Position numbers and translations under genes: made by a program. From Chiloscyllium plagiosum (Eukaryota), in assembly GCF_004010195.1 (NCBI RefSeq), contig NC_057720.1, positions 5,494,387-5,539,676 of the forward strand: a DNA stretch of 45,290 nucleotides, in the 5' to 3' direction. Below, piece by piece: positions 22,555 through 33,460 of the stretch. The notes beneath the pieces were generated by a model. It was not told where the DNA came from, did not search any database, and saw nothing but the letters and a program-made list of their open reading frames with translations. Positions within the stretch are counted from its first letter, which is position 1; each line of letters starts with the position of its first letter.

Positions 22555-25500
22555 TTATTCAACAGCTAGTGGTGCATGGACATTGCAACCCTGGGCAGCC
22601 ATTTCTCCCCAAACCTTGGATTCCTCACCATCAAATGCTGCCCCTTCTATCTACCATGGGAATTTACTGCTGCTATATTAACTGCTGTGTACATATAACC
22701 ACAAGCAAAGGTTGAGGAAGCTCTGGATGTGCTGTACTCCACCACTAACACCCTGGAGACGGAACACCCCGAGGTACTGTTTATTGTAATTGGTGACATC
22801 AATCAAGCCAATCTAAGGAAAGTGTTGCCCAAGTACCACCAGAACATTACCTGCCCCACCAGGGGCCTGATCGGAAGAGGCAGACGATCAACTCCGATGC
22901 TGTCTGGAATTGGCTGACTGGGCTGTGTTCAAACAGGTCGCAGGTACCTTGGACGAGTACGCCATGGCCGTCACAGACTTTATCAGCAAGTGTGTGGAGG
23001 ACTGCATACCGAAGTCAATCCAGGTGTTCCCCAACAGGAAACCCTGGATGAATCAGAACATGCTAAAAACCAGGCGTGAGGCCTTCAGATCAGGAGACCC
23101 ACTCAAATGTAAGGAATCCAAGTATGACCTTCACAGAGCCATTAAGAGAGCCAAGGACCAATACCAATCCAAACTAGAGACCCAGACACCTGGCGACTAT
23201 GACAAGGACTGAATGTGATCACAGGGTTTGAAAAAGAGACAGTGCAAGATAGCAGATGATGACACATTCCTCCCAGATCGTCTCAATGCCTGCTATGCTT
23301 GCTTTGAGCAGAATTTCGGCGGAGAGATTACACCTATTCCGACAGGTCCTGACGAACGTATCCCAATAGTCACTGCATCAAAGGTCAGATTGGTCTTCCT
23401 TCGTGTGAATCCAAGAAAAGCGATACAACCACTCAGAGCATGCGCAGATCAACTGGCAGAGGTCTTCTCGGGCATCTTTAACCTCTTCCTGCAGCAGGCC
23501 CCTGTCCCTGCCTGTTTCAAGAGGTCACATCATCCCTGTGCCTAAGAAGGCTCATGCAGTATGTCTCAATGACTACCGCCCAGTGGCCCTAACTTCAGTT
23601 ATGAAGTGCTTTGAAAGGTTGGTCATGGCATTAATCAATTCCAGCCTCCCCACTACTCTTGACCCACTCCAATTTGCCTATCGGACCAACAGATCCATGT
23701 TAGATGCCATATCACTTGCCCTTCCCTAAAACATCTTGACACAAAGAACAGCTACGTAAGAATCCTACTCATTGACTAGGCAAAAGTGAGGACTGCAGAT
23801 GCTGGAAACCAGAGTTTAGATCAGAGTGGTGCTGGAAAAGTACAGCAGGTCAGGCAGCATCCGAGGAGCAGGAAAATCGATGTTTCAGGCAAAAGTCCTT
23901 CATCAGGAATATAAGCAGGGAGCCTCCGGGGTGGAGAGATAAATGGGAGGGGTTGGGTGGGACTGGGGAGTAGGTAGCAAAGAGTTCAATAGGTGAATGG
24001 GAGTGGGGATGGAGGTGATAGGTCAGAGAGGAGGGTGGAGTGGATAGTTGGGAAGGGAGATTGGCAGGTAGGACAGGTCATGAGGATGGTGCTGAGCTGG
24101 AAGCTTGGAACTGGGGTAAGATGGGGGGAGGGGAAATGAGGAAACTGGTGAAGTCCACATTGATGCCCTGGGGTTGAAGTGTTCTGAGGCGGAAGATGAG
24201 GCATTCTTCCTCCAGACGTTGGGTGGTGAGGGAGCGGCAGTGAAGGAGGCCCAGGACCTGCATGTTCCCAGCAGAGTGGGAGGGGGAGTTGAAATGTTGG
24301 GCCACGAAGTCATGGGGTTGATTGGTGCGGGTGTCCCAGAGATGTTCCCTAAAGGGCTCTGCGAGGAGGCGTCCAGTCTCCCTAATGCAGAAGAGACCAC
24401 ATCGGGAGCAACGGATCCAATGAATGATATTGGTGGATGTGCAGGTGAAGTTCCAACCTTCTAACTCAGCACTGTCCTCATGACCTGTCCTACCTGCCAA
24501 TCTCCCTTCCCACCTATCCACTCCACCCTCCTCTCTGACCTATCACCTCCATTCCCACCCCCATTCACCCATTGTACTCTTTGCTACCTTCTCCCCAGCA
24601 CCCCCCCCAAACCCCTCCCCCATTTATCTCTCCACCCTGGAGGCTCCTTGCCTGTATTCCTGATGAAGGGCTTTTGCCTGAAACATTGATTTTCCTGCCC
24701 TCGGAGGCTGCCTGACCTGCTGTGCTTTTCCAGCACCACTCTGATTTAAACTCCTACACATTGACTACAGTTCAGCCTTCAACATTATTATCCCCTCGAG
24801 ACTGATTACTCAACTTAGTGATCTCAGACTAAGCCCCACTCTCTGCAACTGGATCCTCAGTTTCCTGACAGGCCACAATCAGTGAAGATTGGGGAGAATA
24901 TTTCATCCTCACCAACACTCAACACTGGAGCCCCCAAGGGGTGCATACTCAGCCCCCTACTGTACTCATTGTATACCCATGAGTGTGTCACCAAATACCA
25001 GACTAATGCCATTTACAAGTTCACTGATGACACCACCATAGTCGGTCAAATCTCAGATGGCGATGAAACAGACTACAGACGGGAGGTGGAAGACCTGGAG
25101 AAATGGTGCACTGAGAACAACCTAGCTCTCAATGCCAGTAAAACCAAGGAACTCATTGACTTTTGGTGGAATGTTACTCATGCCCCCCCCTACACATTAA
25201 CAGCACAGAGGTGGAACGAGTGGAGAGTGTCAAGCTCCTGGGAGTGGTCATCCACAACAAGCTTTTTTGGACTCTTCATATGGACACACTCGTTACAAAG
25301 GCCCAACGATATCTCCTCTTCCTCAGGCAGCTGAGGAAATTTGGCATGACAGCGAAAACCCTTGCCAACTTTTATAGTTTCGCCATCGAGAGCATTCTGG
25401 TGGATGTATCACTACCTGGTATGGCAACTGTACCATTCAAGATTGGAGACGGTTACAGAGAGTGGTGAACTCGGCCGGACAGTCACAAAGGCCAACCTCC

Positions 25501-25675
25501 CATCTGTAGAATCCATCTACCAGGCCCGCTGTCAAGGAAAGGCCGCCAGCATTCTCAGAGATCCATCCCACCCTGGCAATGTTTTTCTACAACCTCTACC
25601 ATTGGGGAGAAGGTACAGAAGTCTGAACACACGCCGGTTTTGCAACAGTTTCTACCCAACTGTTGTTAGAATACT
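22555..25675 (+). mobile_element. Rex1/Babar-type non-LTR retrotransposon (APE + RT), disrupted
   Basis: [137 protein letters not shown]...NSFYP. Confidence 0.9.
23779..24751. mobile_element. Neptune-like Penelope insertion with inverted terminal repeat, inside Rex1
   Basis: TSD tcctactcattgacta (23763-23778) / tcctacacattgacta (24752-24767); inverted arms of about 300 bp; GIY-YIG remnant IRCSRCGLFCIRETGRLLAE on the minus strand. Confidence 0.93.
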
Positions 25676-26217
25676 GTTGTTTGATTTCAGATTCCAGCAT
25701 CTGCAGTAATTTGCTTTCATCCAATATATTTCCATGTCAGGATGGTGAGTGACCTAGAGGGGAAATTGCAGGGGGTGACATTCCTATGTGTCTCCTGCCC
25801 TTGTCTTTCTGGAAGGAAGTTGTTCTGGATTTGGAAGATACTATCAGAGGATCTTTGACAGCACCTTCCAAACCATGATGATGATTGAAGGATTTGTTGA
25901 AGTAACAAGTGTAACTTTAAAATTCTTATGCTTTTGTTCATCATGATTATTTGGCAATTGAGCAATGGAACAAGCTCAAGGGTCTCTTCCTTGTCTTGTG
26001 TAACTGAAGAGGAATATTAGCAGAATTCAGTTGGGTGGGACATTGGATCTTAGTGACATGCACCCTGTGTTGATTGAAGTTAACCACAGACAGCATGGCA
26101 GTTGGTCCTGAACATTATTGTTTCAAAATATCAGAAGAAACAGACTATTTGATCCTTCAAGCCTCCTCCGTCACTCAATGCAGTCAGGTCTACCTACAGC
26201 ACGTAGACTGTAGTAAG

Positions 26218-26457
26218 TCCATAAGAAATATGAACAGGAGGAGGCTATTCAACCCGTCAAACCTGCTCCACCATTCAATAGGATCATGGCTGATACAACA
26301 CTCCTCATGTCCATTTTCCTGCCCTTTCCCCATAACCCTTGATTCCCTGAATGATCAAGAATCTATCTCAGCCTCAAATATACACAAGAACTCTGCCGTT
26401 CACAGCTCTCTGTGGCAAGGCGTTCCAAAGGCACACAACCCTCTGAGAGAAGAAATT
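26218..26457 (-). mobile_element. CR1 3' tail fragment
   Basis: Reverse complement of the 2400-2620 type tail (cctgctccaccattcaataggatcatggctga). Confidence 0.8.
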
Positions 26458-28362
26458 GGTGCACCCTTCATTCTGAGTCTAATGGTTCAAGAAGGCAGCT
26501 GACCACCATTTTCTCAAGGGCAATTCGAACAGGAATAGACAGTAATTGCAAATAGAAGTTTTCCAATGACCAGGGAATCCAGAACCAAGGGTCATAGTCT
26601 AAGGATATGGGGTAGCCCATTTAAGGCTGATTTTCTCTTCACCCAGAGAACGGGGAGCCTGTGGAATTCTTTGTCACAGAAAGTGGTTGAGGCCAAAACA
26701 TTGAAATGGTTTCGAGAAGGGGTTAGATATTGTTCTCTGGGCTAAAGGGATCAAAGAGTCTGGGGAGAAAGCAGGAGCAGGGGACTGAGTTGGATTATCA
26801 GCCATGATCATATTGAATGGCAGAACAGGCTCGAAGTGCTGAAAGGCCTACTGCAGGCCCTATTTTCTATGTTTCTAATTAATAATGGGCAATAAATGCT
26901 GCCACAGCCAAGGGGCAGCCATGTCCCATGAAATGATAAATGATTCCATGTCAGTAGCTGGAGAGGAAGGTGGGAATTGGACCTCGAGTCTTGGCTAATA
27001 TTTAATCTTTCAACAGTTGCATTATAAACCAGAAATTCTGGCCATTATTACTTTGCAGTCTGTGGGACCTTGCTGCGTGCAGGCTTTTCCAAGATGGGGG
27101 TTTGGGGCTGAGGTTGGGTGGAAAGCTGACATTTTCGGGATCAGGTTCTGAGGGATCAATGGCTGCCCCGGAGCTTTCACTGGGTTATAGCAGAAGAGAT
27201 CCTACTCAATCAGACCTGCTCTCACTATCCTCCCACTCCCCTCTCAGCTTTCACTATCCTCCCATCCCCCTCTCTGCTCTCACTGTCCTCCCATCCCCCT
27301 CTCAGTTCTCACTATCCTCCCATTCCCCTCTCTGCTCTCACTATCCTCCCATTCCCCTCTCCGCTCTCACTGTCCTCCCATCCCCCTCTCGGCGTTCCAA
27401 AGGCACACAACCCTCTGAGAGAAGAAATTGGTGCACCCTTCATTCTGAGTCTAATGGTTCAAGAAGGCAGCTGACCACCATTTTCTCAAGGGCAATTCGA
27501 ACAGGAATAGACAGTAATTGCAAATAGAAGTTTTCCAATGACCAGGGAATCCAGAACCAAGGGTCATAGTCTAAGGATATGGGGTAGCCCATTTAAGGCT
27601 GATTTTCTCTTCACCCAGAGAACGGGGAGCCTGTGGAATTCTTTGTCACAGAAAGTGGTTGAGGCCAAAACATTGAAATGGTTTCGAGAAGGGGTTAGAT
27701 ATTGTTCTCTGGGCTAAAGGGATCAAAGAGTCTGGGAAGAAAGCAGGAGCAGGGGACTGAGTTGGATTATCAGCCATGATCATATTGAATGGCAGAACAG
27801 GCTCGAAGTGCTGAAAGGCCTACTGCAGGCCCTATTTTCTATGTTTCTAATTAATAATGGGCAATAAATGCTGCCACAGCCAAGGGGCAGCCATGTCCCA
27901 TGAAATGATAAATGATTCCATGTCAGTAGCTGGAGAGGAAGGTGGGAATTGGACCTCGAGTCTTGGCTAATATTTAATCTTTCAACAGTTGCATTATAAA
28001 CCAGAAATTCTGGCCATTATTACTTTGCAGTCTGTGGGACCTTGCTGCGTGCAGGCTTTTCCAAGATGGGGGTTTGGGGCTGAGGTTGGGTGGAAAGCTG
28101 ACATTTTCGGGATCAGGTTCTGAGGGATCAATGGCTGCCCCGGAGCTTTCACTGGGTTATAGCAGAAGAGATCCTACTCAATCAGACCTGCTCTCACTAT
28201 CCTCCCACTCCCCTCTCAGCTTTCACTATCCTCCCATCCCCCTCTCTGCTCTCACTGTCCTCCCATCCCCCTCTCAGTTCTCACTATCCTCCCATTCCCC
28301 TCTCTGCTCTCACTATCCTCCCATTCCCCTCTCCGCTCTCACTGTCCTCCCATTCCCCTCTC
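26419..28362 (+). repeat. 972-bp near-identical tandem duplication (26419-27390 / 27391-28362)
   Basis: Both units start ggcgttccaaaggcacac; ORF starts 27102 and 28074 differ by exactly 972. Each unit holds an L2-like tail, a CR1 3' piece, a DeuSINE-like block and minisatellite. Confidence 0.95.
27219..27390. repeat. 29-bp pyrimidine-rich minisatellite, about 6 units
   Basis: Unit ctctcactRtcctcccatYcccctctcHg. Confidence 0.93.
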
Positions 28363-28488
28363 CGCTCTCACTGTCCTCCCATCCCCCTCTCCGCTCTCGC
28401 TGTCCTCCCATCCCCCTCTCAGTTCTCACTATCCTCCCATCCCCCCCTCAGTTCTCACTATCCTCCCATCCCCCTCTCGCCACTCACT
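28190..28488. repeat. 29-bp pyrimidine-rich minisatellite, about 10 units
   Basis: Same unit; period confirmed at 28321 and 28350. Confidence 0.93.
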
Positions 28489-28910
28489 GAAGGCTCCTGA
28501 TAGTTTTCAAATCTCGATATGGAGTCACCATGGGATAAACATTTGGAAAGCACTGTGTTTCAGCATTGCCTGCACTTCAGATACCTTAACTGGGTGTAAA
28601 GGGGGGTTCTCCAGCCAGTGTTTAGTTAGTGAGATAACTAGTTGCAATGAGACTGGCTGAAAGGAGAGGGCACTGAACCTCTTCATCTCACACCATCTGG
28701 GCGGCATAAGAACATAGTCATAGGAGAAAAGGATGCTGATTGGTTGGCATTTCAACTCTGATTAGCTGAGATGTTGGCATAGTGCAAAGTTCTCAAATAA
28801 CTTGAGAAAGCCTTAAGGCTGGAACTGGTTCCTTTTATTTTCAAATGTCCCTACGTGTGAATATATTTCATTCCTAGCAAGCACAGATGAGCAATATGAC
28901 CAACTTTTTT

Positions 28911-29240
28911 TAGATTAGACTACTTACTAGATTAGATTACTTACAGTGTGGAAACAGGTCCTTCGGCCCAACAAGTCCACACCGACCCGCCGAAGCGCAA
29001 CCCACCCATACCCCTACACTTACCCCTTCACCTAACACTATGGCAATTTAGCATGGCCAATTCACCTAACCCATACATCTTTGGACTGTGGGAGGAAACC
29101 GGAGCACCCGGAGGAAACCCACACAGACACGGGGAGAATGTACTAACTCCACACAGTCAGTCGCCTGAGGCGGGAATTGAACCCGGGTCTCTGGAGCTGT
29201 GAGGCAGCAGTGCTAACCACTGTGCCACCGTGCCGACCAC
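28911..29240 (-). mobile_element. Young HE1-type V-SINE, full length
   Basis: Minus head ggcacggtggcacagtggttagcac...gggttcaattcccg with CpGs retained; tail repeats (tagat/actt). Confidence 0.93.
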
Positions 29241-29285
29241 TTGATTGATTATCATTATGATCATTTGAAATTTGCACACTTGTGC

Positions 29286-29321
29286 TTGTCCTGATGAGTT
29301 CAAGACTAAAAGCTTCAGCAA
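29286..29321 (+). ncRNA. Type I hammerhead-like relic (variant D)
   Basis: TTGTC-CTGATGA-GT-TCAAG-AC-[T]AAA-AGCT-TC-AGCAA; the G12 position is T, so this copy is probably inactive. Confidence 0.55.
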
Positions 29322-29354
29322 CATGTCTCTCTTTATAGAAGTGTGTTTTTTCAA

Positions 29355-29648
29355 TCCATTCATTGATGGGGTGAGGGTGTCACTGACCAGGTCAGCATTT
29401 ATTGCCCATCCCTAGTTGTTAAGGGTTCAGCCACATTGCTGTGGCTCTGGAATCATGTGTAGGGCAGACCAGGTAAGGATGGCAGTTTCCTTTCCTAAAG
29501 GACATGAGGAAACCAGGTGGGCTTTTCCTGACTATAATTTAGGGTCATCATTAGACTCTTAATTCTAGACTTTCTAGTATTGAATTAAACTTCCACAGCG
29601 GGATTTGAACTCAGGACCCCAGGACATTACCTGGGTCTCTGGATTAAC
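29355..29648 (-). mobile_element. tRNA-derived SINE (L2-like-tail family)
   Basis: Tail cagcatttattgcccatccctagttg; B box reverse complement gggatttgaac; variable-arm-like hairpin acccagg-taatgt-cctggggt on the minus strand. Confidence 0.85.
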
Positions 29649-30318
29649 CCCACCTCCCCATGATATTTTCAGTGGCTCTTAAGCACATAGACTTCAAGAA
29701 CCAAAGAGGCAAACTAAACCTCGTTGTTGAAGCCTTTAGTAGTGAACTTCTCAGAATAGAATTGCATGAATACTAAACCTCAAATGGAACAATAATTTAG
29801 ATTGCATGAGATGAGTGCTGTCTGGTTATCAGGTGGACTCTTTTTTTATTCAGCAATGCTGAAATTTTGTTGCTTTCTTATCAAGTGACTACAAATTAAA
29901 GATGGATTTGGATCACTTTACGAGACAGCAGTGATTGTACCACAGTATGGATACTGCTGTATCTCATTTCTCATGGCTGTATTCTGGATGCAAGCTTCTA
30001 CTTTAGAAGCACAGTGGGCAGATCGATTGGATTCACTTTATTGCTGACAGAGCAGCAATCAGAAACGGATTGGTAATCTTGCTACTTGCAACACTTCCCA
30101 TGAACTAACAAAATGAAGCCAGAAAACATGTTGTTCACTGATTGTGGGAAACACTGGCTGGGCCAGTGTCCATTTCCCGGCCCTATAGTTCCTGAGGAAG
30201 TGGTGGTGAGCTGCCTTTATGAATTGCTGCTGTCCTTAGGGTGTAGGTCCCCCCAAAATTCTGTTAGGACATTCCAGGATTTAGACCCAGTGACATAGAA
30301 GGAATGACAATATATTTC

Positions 30319-30830
30319 AACTCCCCCTCCCACTCTGCTGAGGACATGCAGGTCCTGGGCCTCCCCCACCGCCGCTCCCTCACCACCCGATGCCTGGAGG
30401 AAGAACACTTCATCTTCCGCCTCGGAACATTTCAACCCCAGGGCATCAATGTGGACTTCACCAGTTTCCTCATTTCCCCTCCCCCCACCTTACCCCATTT
30501 CCAACCTTCCAGCTCAGCACTGTTCCCATGACCTGTCCTACCTGCCAATCCCCCTTCCCACCTATCCACTTCACCCTCCCCTCTGACCTATCACCTCCAT
30601 CCCCACCCCCATTCACCTATTGTACTCTTTGCTACCTTCTCCCCGGTCCCACTCCCCCTCCCCATTTATCTCTTCACCCTAGAGGCTTCCTGCCTCTATT
30701 CCTGATGAAGGGCTTTTGCCTGAAACGTCGATTTCCCTGCTCCTCAGATGCTGCCTGACCTGCTGTGCTTTTCCAGCACCACTCTGATCTAGACTCTGGT
30801 TTTCAGCATCTGCAGCCCTCACTTTTGCCT
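30319..30830 (+). mobile_element. Neptune-like Penelope 3' fragment
   Basis: TSD aatatatttc (30309-30318 / 30831-30840); FNSPSHSAEDMQVLGL...LEEEHFIFRLGTFQPQGIN. Confidence 0.92.
30702..30729 (+). ncRNA. Minimal hammerhead ribozyme motif (variant A), core intact
   Basis: CTGATGA-A-GGGC-TTTT-GCCT-GAAA-CGTC; GUC triplet and palindromic ACGT in place of stem III. Confidence 0.7.
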
Positions 30831-31394
30831 AATATATTTCTAAGTCAGGATGATGGGTGGTTTGAAGGGGAACTTGCACGCGATGGGGTTCCCATGCATC
30901 TCCTGCTCTTGCTTTTCTAGCTGGTTGTGGATTTGGAAAATGCTGCCAAAGGAGCATTGGATGAATTGCTGCATCTTGTAAATGGTGCACACTACTGCTG
31001 CTGGGCATCAGTGTGAAAGGAGTGAATGTTGAAGGTGGTAGATGTGGTGCCAAGCAGGTGGGCTGCATTGTCTTGGATGGTGTCAAGTTTGTTGAGTATT
31101 GTTGGAGCTGCACCCATCCAGGCAAGTGGCGTGTATTCCATCACACTCCTGACTTATGCCTTGTAGGTGGTGGACAGGGTTTGAGGAGTTGGGGGAGAGT
31201 TACTTGCTGCAGGATTCCTAGCACCTGATTTGTTCTTGTCGTCAACAGTACTTATATGGCTAATGCAGTTGAGTATCTCCTCAATAGATATTGATAGCTG
31301 GGGACTCAGAAACAGTAATTTTGTTCAATGGAAAGGGATGATGGCTAGATCCTCTCCATATTGATAGCCATTACCTGGCACTTGGGTTTTTAAA

Positions 31395-31910
31395 AATTCT
31401 TTAATGGGTTGTGGGCATTGCTGGGTAGGCCAACATTTATGTACCACCTGTAATTGCCCAGAGTTCAGTTAAAACTCACTCATATAGCTGTGGGTCTGGA
31501 GTTACATGTAGACCAGACCAGGTGGAGGTGGGTACTGCAGATGCTGGAGATTAGAGTTAAGATTAGAGTGGAGCACAGCAGGTCAGGCAGCGTCCAAGGA
31601 GCAGGAAAAGCGATGTTCCGGGCAAAAGCCCTTCATCAGGGCTGACTGACCTGATGTGCTTTGCCAGCACCATGCTAATCTTGACTGTAGACCAGACCAG
31701 GTAAGGATGGCAGTTTCCTTCCCTAAAGGACATTAGTGAACCAGATGGGCTTTTCCAACAATTGCCAACAGTTTCATTGTCATCATTAGATTCTTAATTA
31801 CAGGTTTTTAATTGTACAGGATACTTAAATTCCACTGTCTGCCGTGGTGGGATTTGAACCTGAGTCTTTATCTTGGTTCCTGGATTAATAGTCTCGTGAT
31901 AATACCCATG
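31395..31910 (-). mobile_element. tRNA-derived SINE (L2-like-tail family), near full length
   Basis: Minus head gtattatcacgagactattaatccag...ggttcaaatcccaccacggc; shared body and tail. Confidence 0.85.
31524..31685. mobile_element. 162-bp fold-back Penelope mini-insert
   Basis: Perfect 17-bp TSD tgtagaccagaccaggt (31507-31523 / 31686-31702); minus-strand hammerhead-like motif at 31612-31639. Confidence 0.9.
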
Positions 31911-32863
31911 GGGCAGCAGAACCTTACTTGCACTTGTGGGGCCATGCCTGAAAGTTCTCCATGATGAACAGAGATTGTTTCAGTACTTGATGAGTGTGAT
32001 TGCAATTGGACACCTGTGTAGTGTTCCTTACTTATGACCTCCTGACAAACGGAATAGAAATGGATGGAGATGTTGAAATTCTGTGGTGCCTCCAATGAGT
32101 TGGACTAGAGGGTTTGGGATCATCTAAGGTCATGGAATACACAATTTCAGTGGAAGTTGCTTCTGTCTTTCCTTTTTTTTTGGATCATTTTCTCAGCAAT
32201 ATGGTTGCTAAGCCCCTCCATTTTGGCCCTTTGTTTCAGTTACGTCAGTTAAGCAAAAAGTCATGGGGCTATTGGTTTGCCATCCTTGCTGTAACATTTC
32301 TAATAATCCAGGGCAACAATAAATGTTCTTTTGGCTTCAGTCCATTTCCTCTTTTATCATTGCACTAGAATAGAGTGAATAAAGCACACATTGCCAGTGA
32401 GTCAGTACATGGTAATGGATTTGAAATCTTTCCAAGAGAAACCTTGTGATGCCAGTGTTCACTATTCATTAAGAAGATAAGCATTGCAGTGTTAAGCAGC
32501 ACACAACAAGCTCACTTCAGTTTGAAAGTTCCTTCCATATGCCCCTACAGAATGATGCTTTTGTCTCATGCCTCTACACACACTCTCCTTTGCTCTGAAA
32601 CCAGGGCTCCTCTCACCCACACCCATTCATCCTGTCACTCCACATTCCTTCAGCAATGACACTCTTATCCGGTGCAACTTTCCACTTCCTCGCTGAACAC
32701 CTCCCTTGTTTGACGATCTTCATGAAGCTTTCACTAGGCCCAATCTCCTAGTTTCTCTTGCCCCACTTCCCCAATCACTTACCCATCTCCTCTTCATTTA
32801 CCAGAACGATTGACCAGCAAGAGCACAGTTACAATGCCCTGGGAAAGTGAGGGTGGGTCTTCA

Positions 32864-32988
32864 CCTGGGGAAGGGTCACCGGACCCGAAACATTAACTTC
32901 TCAGATGCTACCAGACCTGCTGAGCTTTTCCAACAATTTCTGTTTTTGTTTCTGATTTACAGTGTCTGCAGTTCCTTTTGGATTTTAT
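32864..32988 (+). mobile_element. 125-bp Penelope mini-insert
   Basis: TSD tgggtcttca (32854-32863 / 32989-32998); starts with ctggggaagggtcaccggacccgaaacatt. Confidence 0.82.
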
Positions 32989-33259
32989 TGGGTCTTCATC
33001 TTACTGAAAGCAACTGACTTTGCAGTTGACTAACACCAGTCCATTCACATGGCTTTAGAACAGTCCCACAGTTTTGGTGCAGCATCACATTAGTGAATTC
33101 CTCTAGTTTGACAACAACCTGATCAGCTTTCAGTTAATTTCCTGATGTCAGCTCAGAAGTGAAGATTTATTGAATTAATTCTCACAGTTCACTCCTGTTG
33201 GATTTGAAATCATAAACCATGGGTTGCTGCTCCAACATTACAGACACTAGAACTCACTG

Positions 33260-33460
33260 CCTACAAGGCTGGGAGAGGCAGAAAACCTCATAACTACCAT
33301 TGAAGATCTATTTAGATGTGCACTTGTGATCCCAAGCACACAAGGCTGTGGGCCAACTGCTCAAAATGAGATTAGAATAGTAAGGGGTTTTTTTTGACTG
33401 GCATAGACACGTTGGAGTGAAGGGTGTTTTTCTGTGCTGTGGATCTCAATAACTGTATGA
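33260..33460 (+). mobile_element. Old CR1 tail
   Basis: tttagatgtgcacttg...ttggagtgaagggtgtttttctgtgctgt; resembles 36490-36675. Confidence 0.65.

Larger units (their letters stand above)
22380..25850 (-). mobile_element. L2-like LINE 3' region split by the Rex1 insertion (pieces 22380-22540 and 25722-25850)
   Basis: ctgaaggaacggtg | atatatttccatgtcaggatgg are contiguous in the copies at 35540-35570 and 43820-43850. Confidence 0.7.
30135..31385 (-). mobile_element. L2-like LINE 3' portion interrupted by Penelope
   Basis: Colinear with 300-780 and with the tail at 17715-17890. Confidence 0.8.

Noticed and set aside
27219..28488. CRISPR-like array (29-bp repeats)
   Set aside because: The units are contiguous with no spacers, and the context is eukaryotic.
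27102..28490. Two paralogous Ser/Pro-rich ORFs
   Set aside because: They result from the tandem duplication plus a stop-poor minisatellite, and start at non-ATG codons.
31960..32045. C/D box snoRNA (ATGATGA...CTGA)
   Set aside because: No convincing terminal stem or D' box, and I recognise no rRNA or snRNA guide complementarity.
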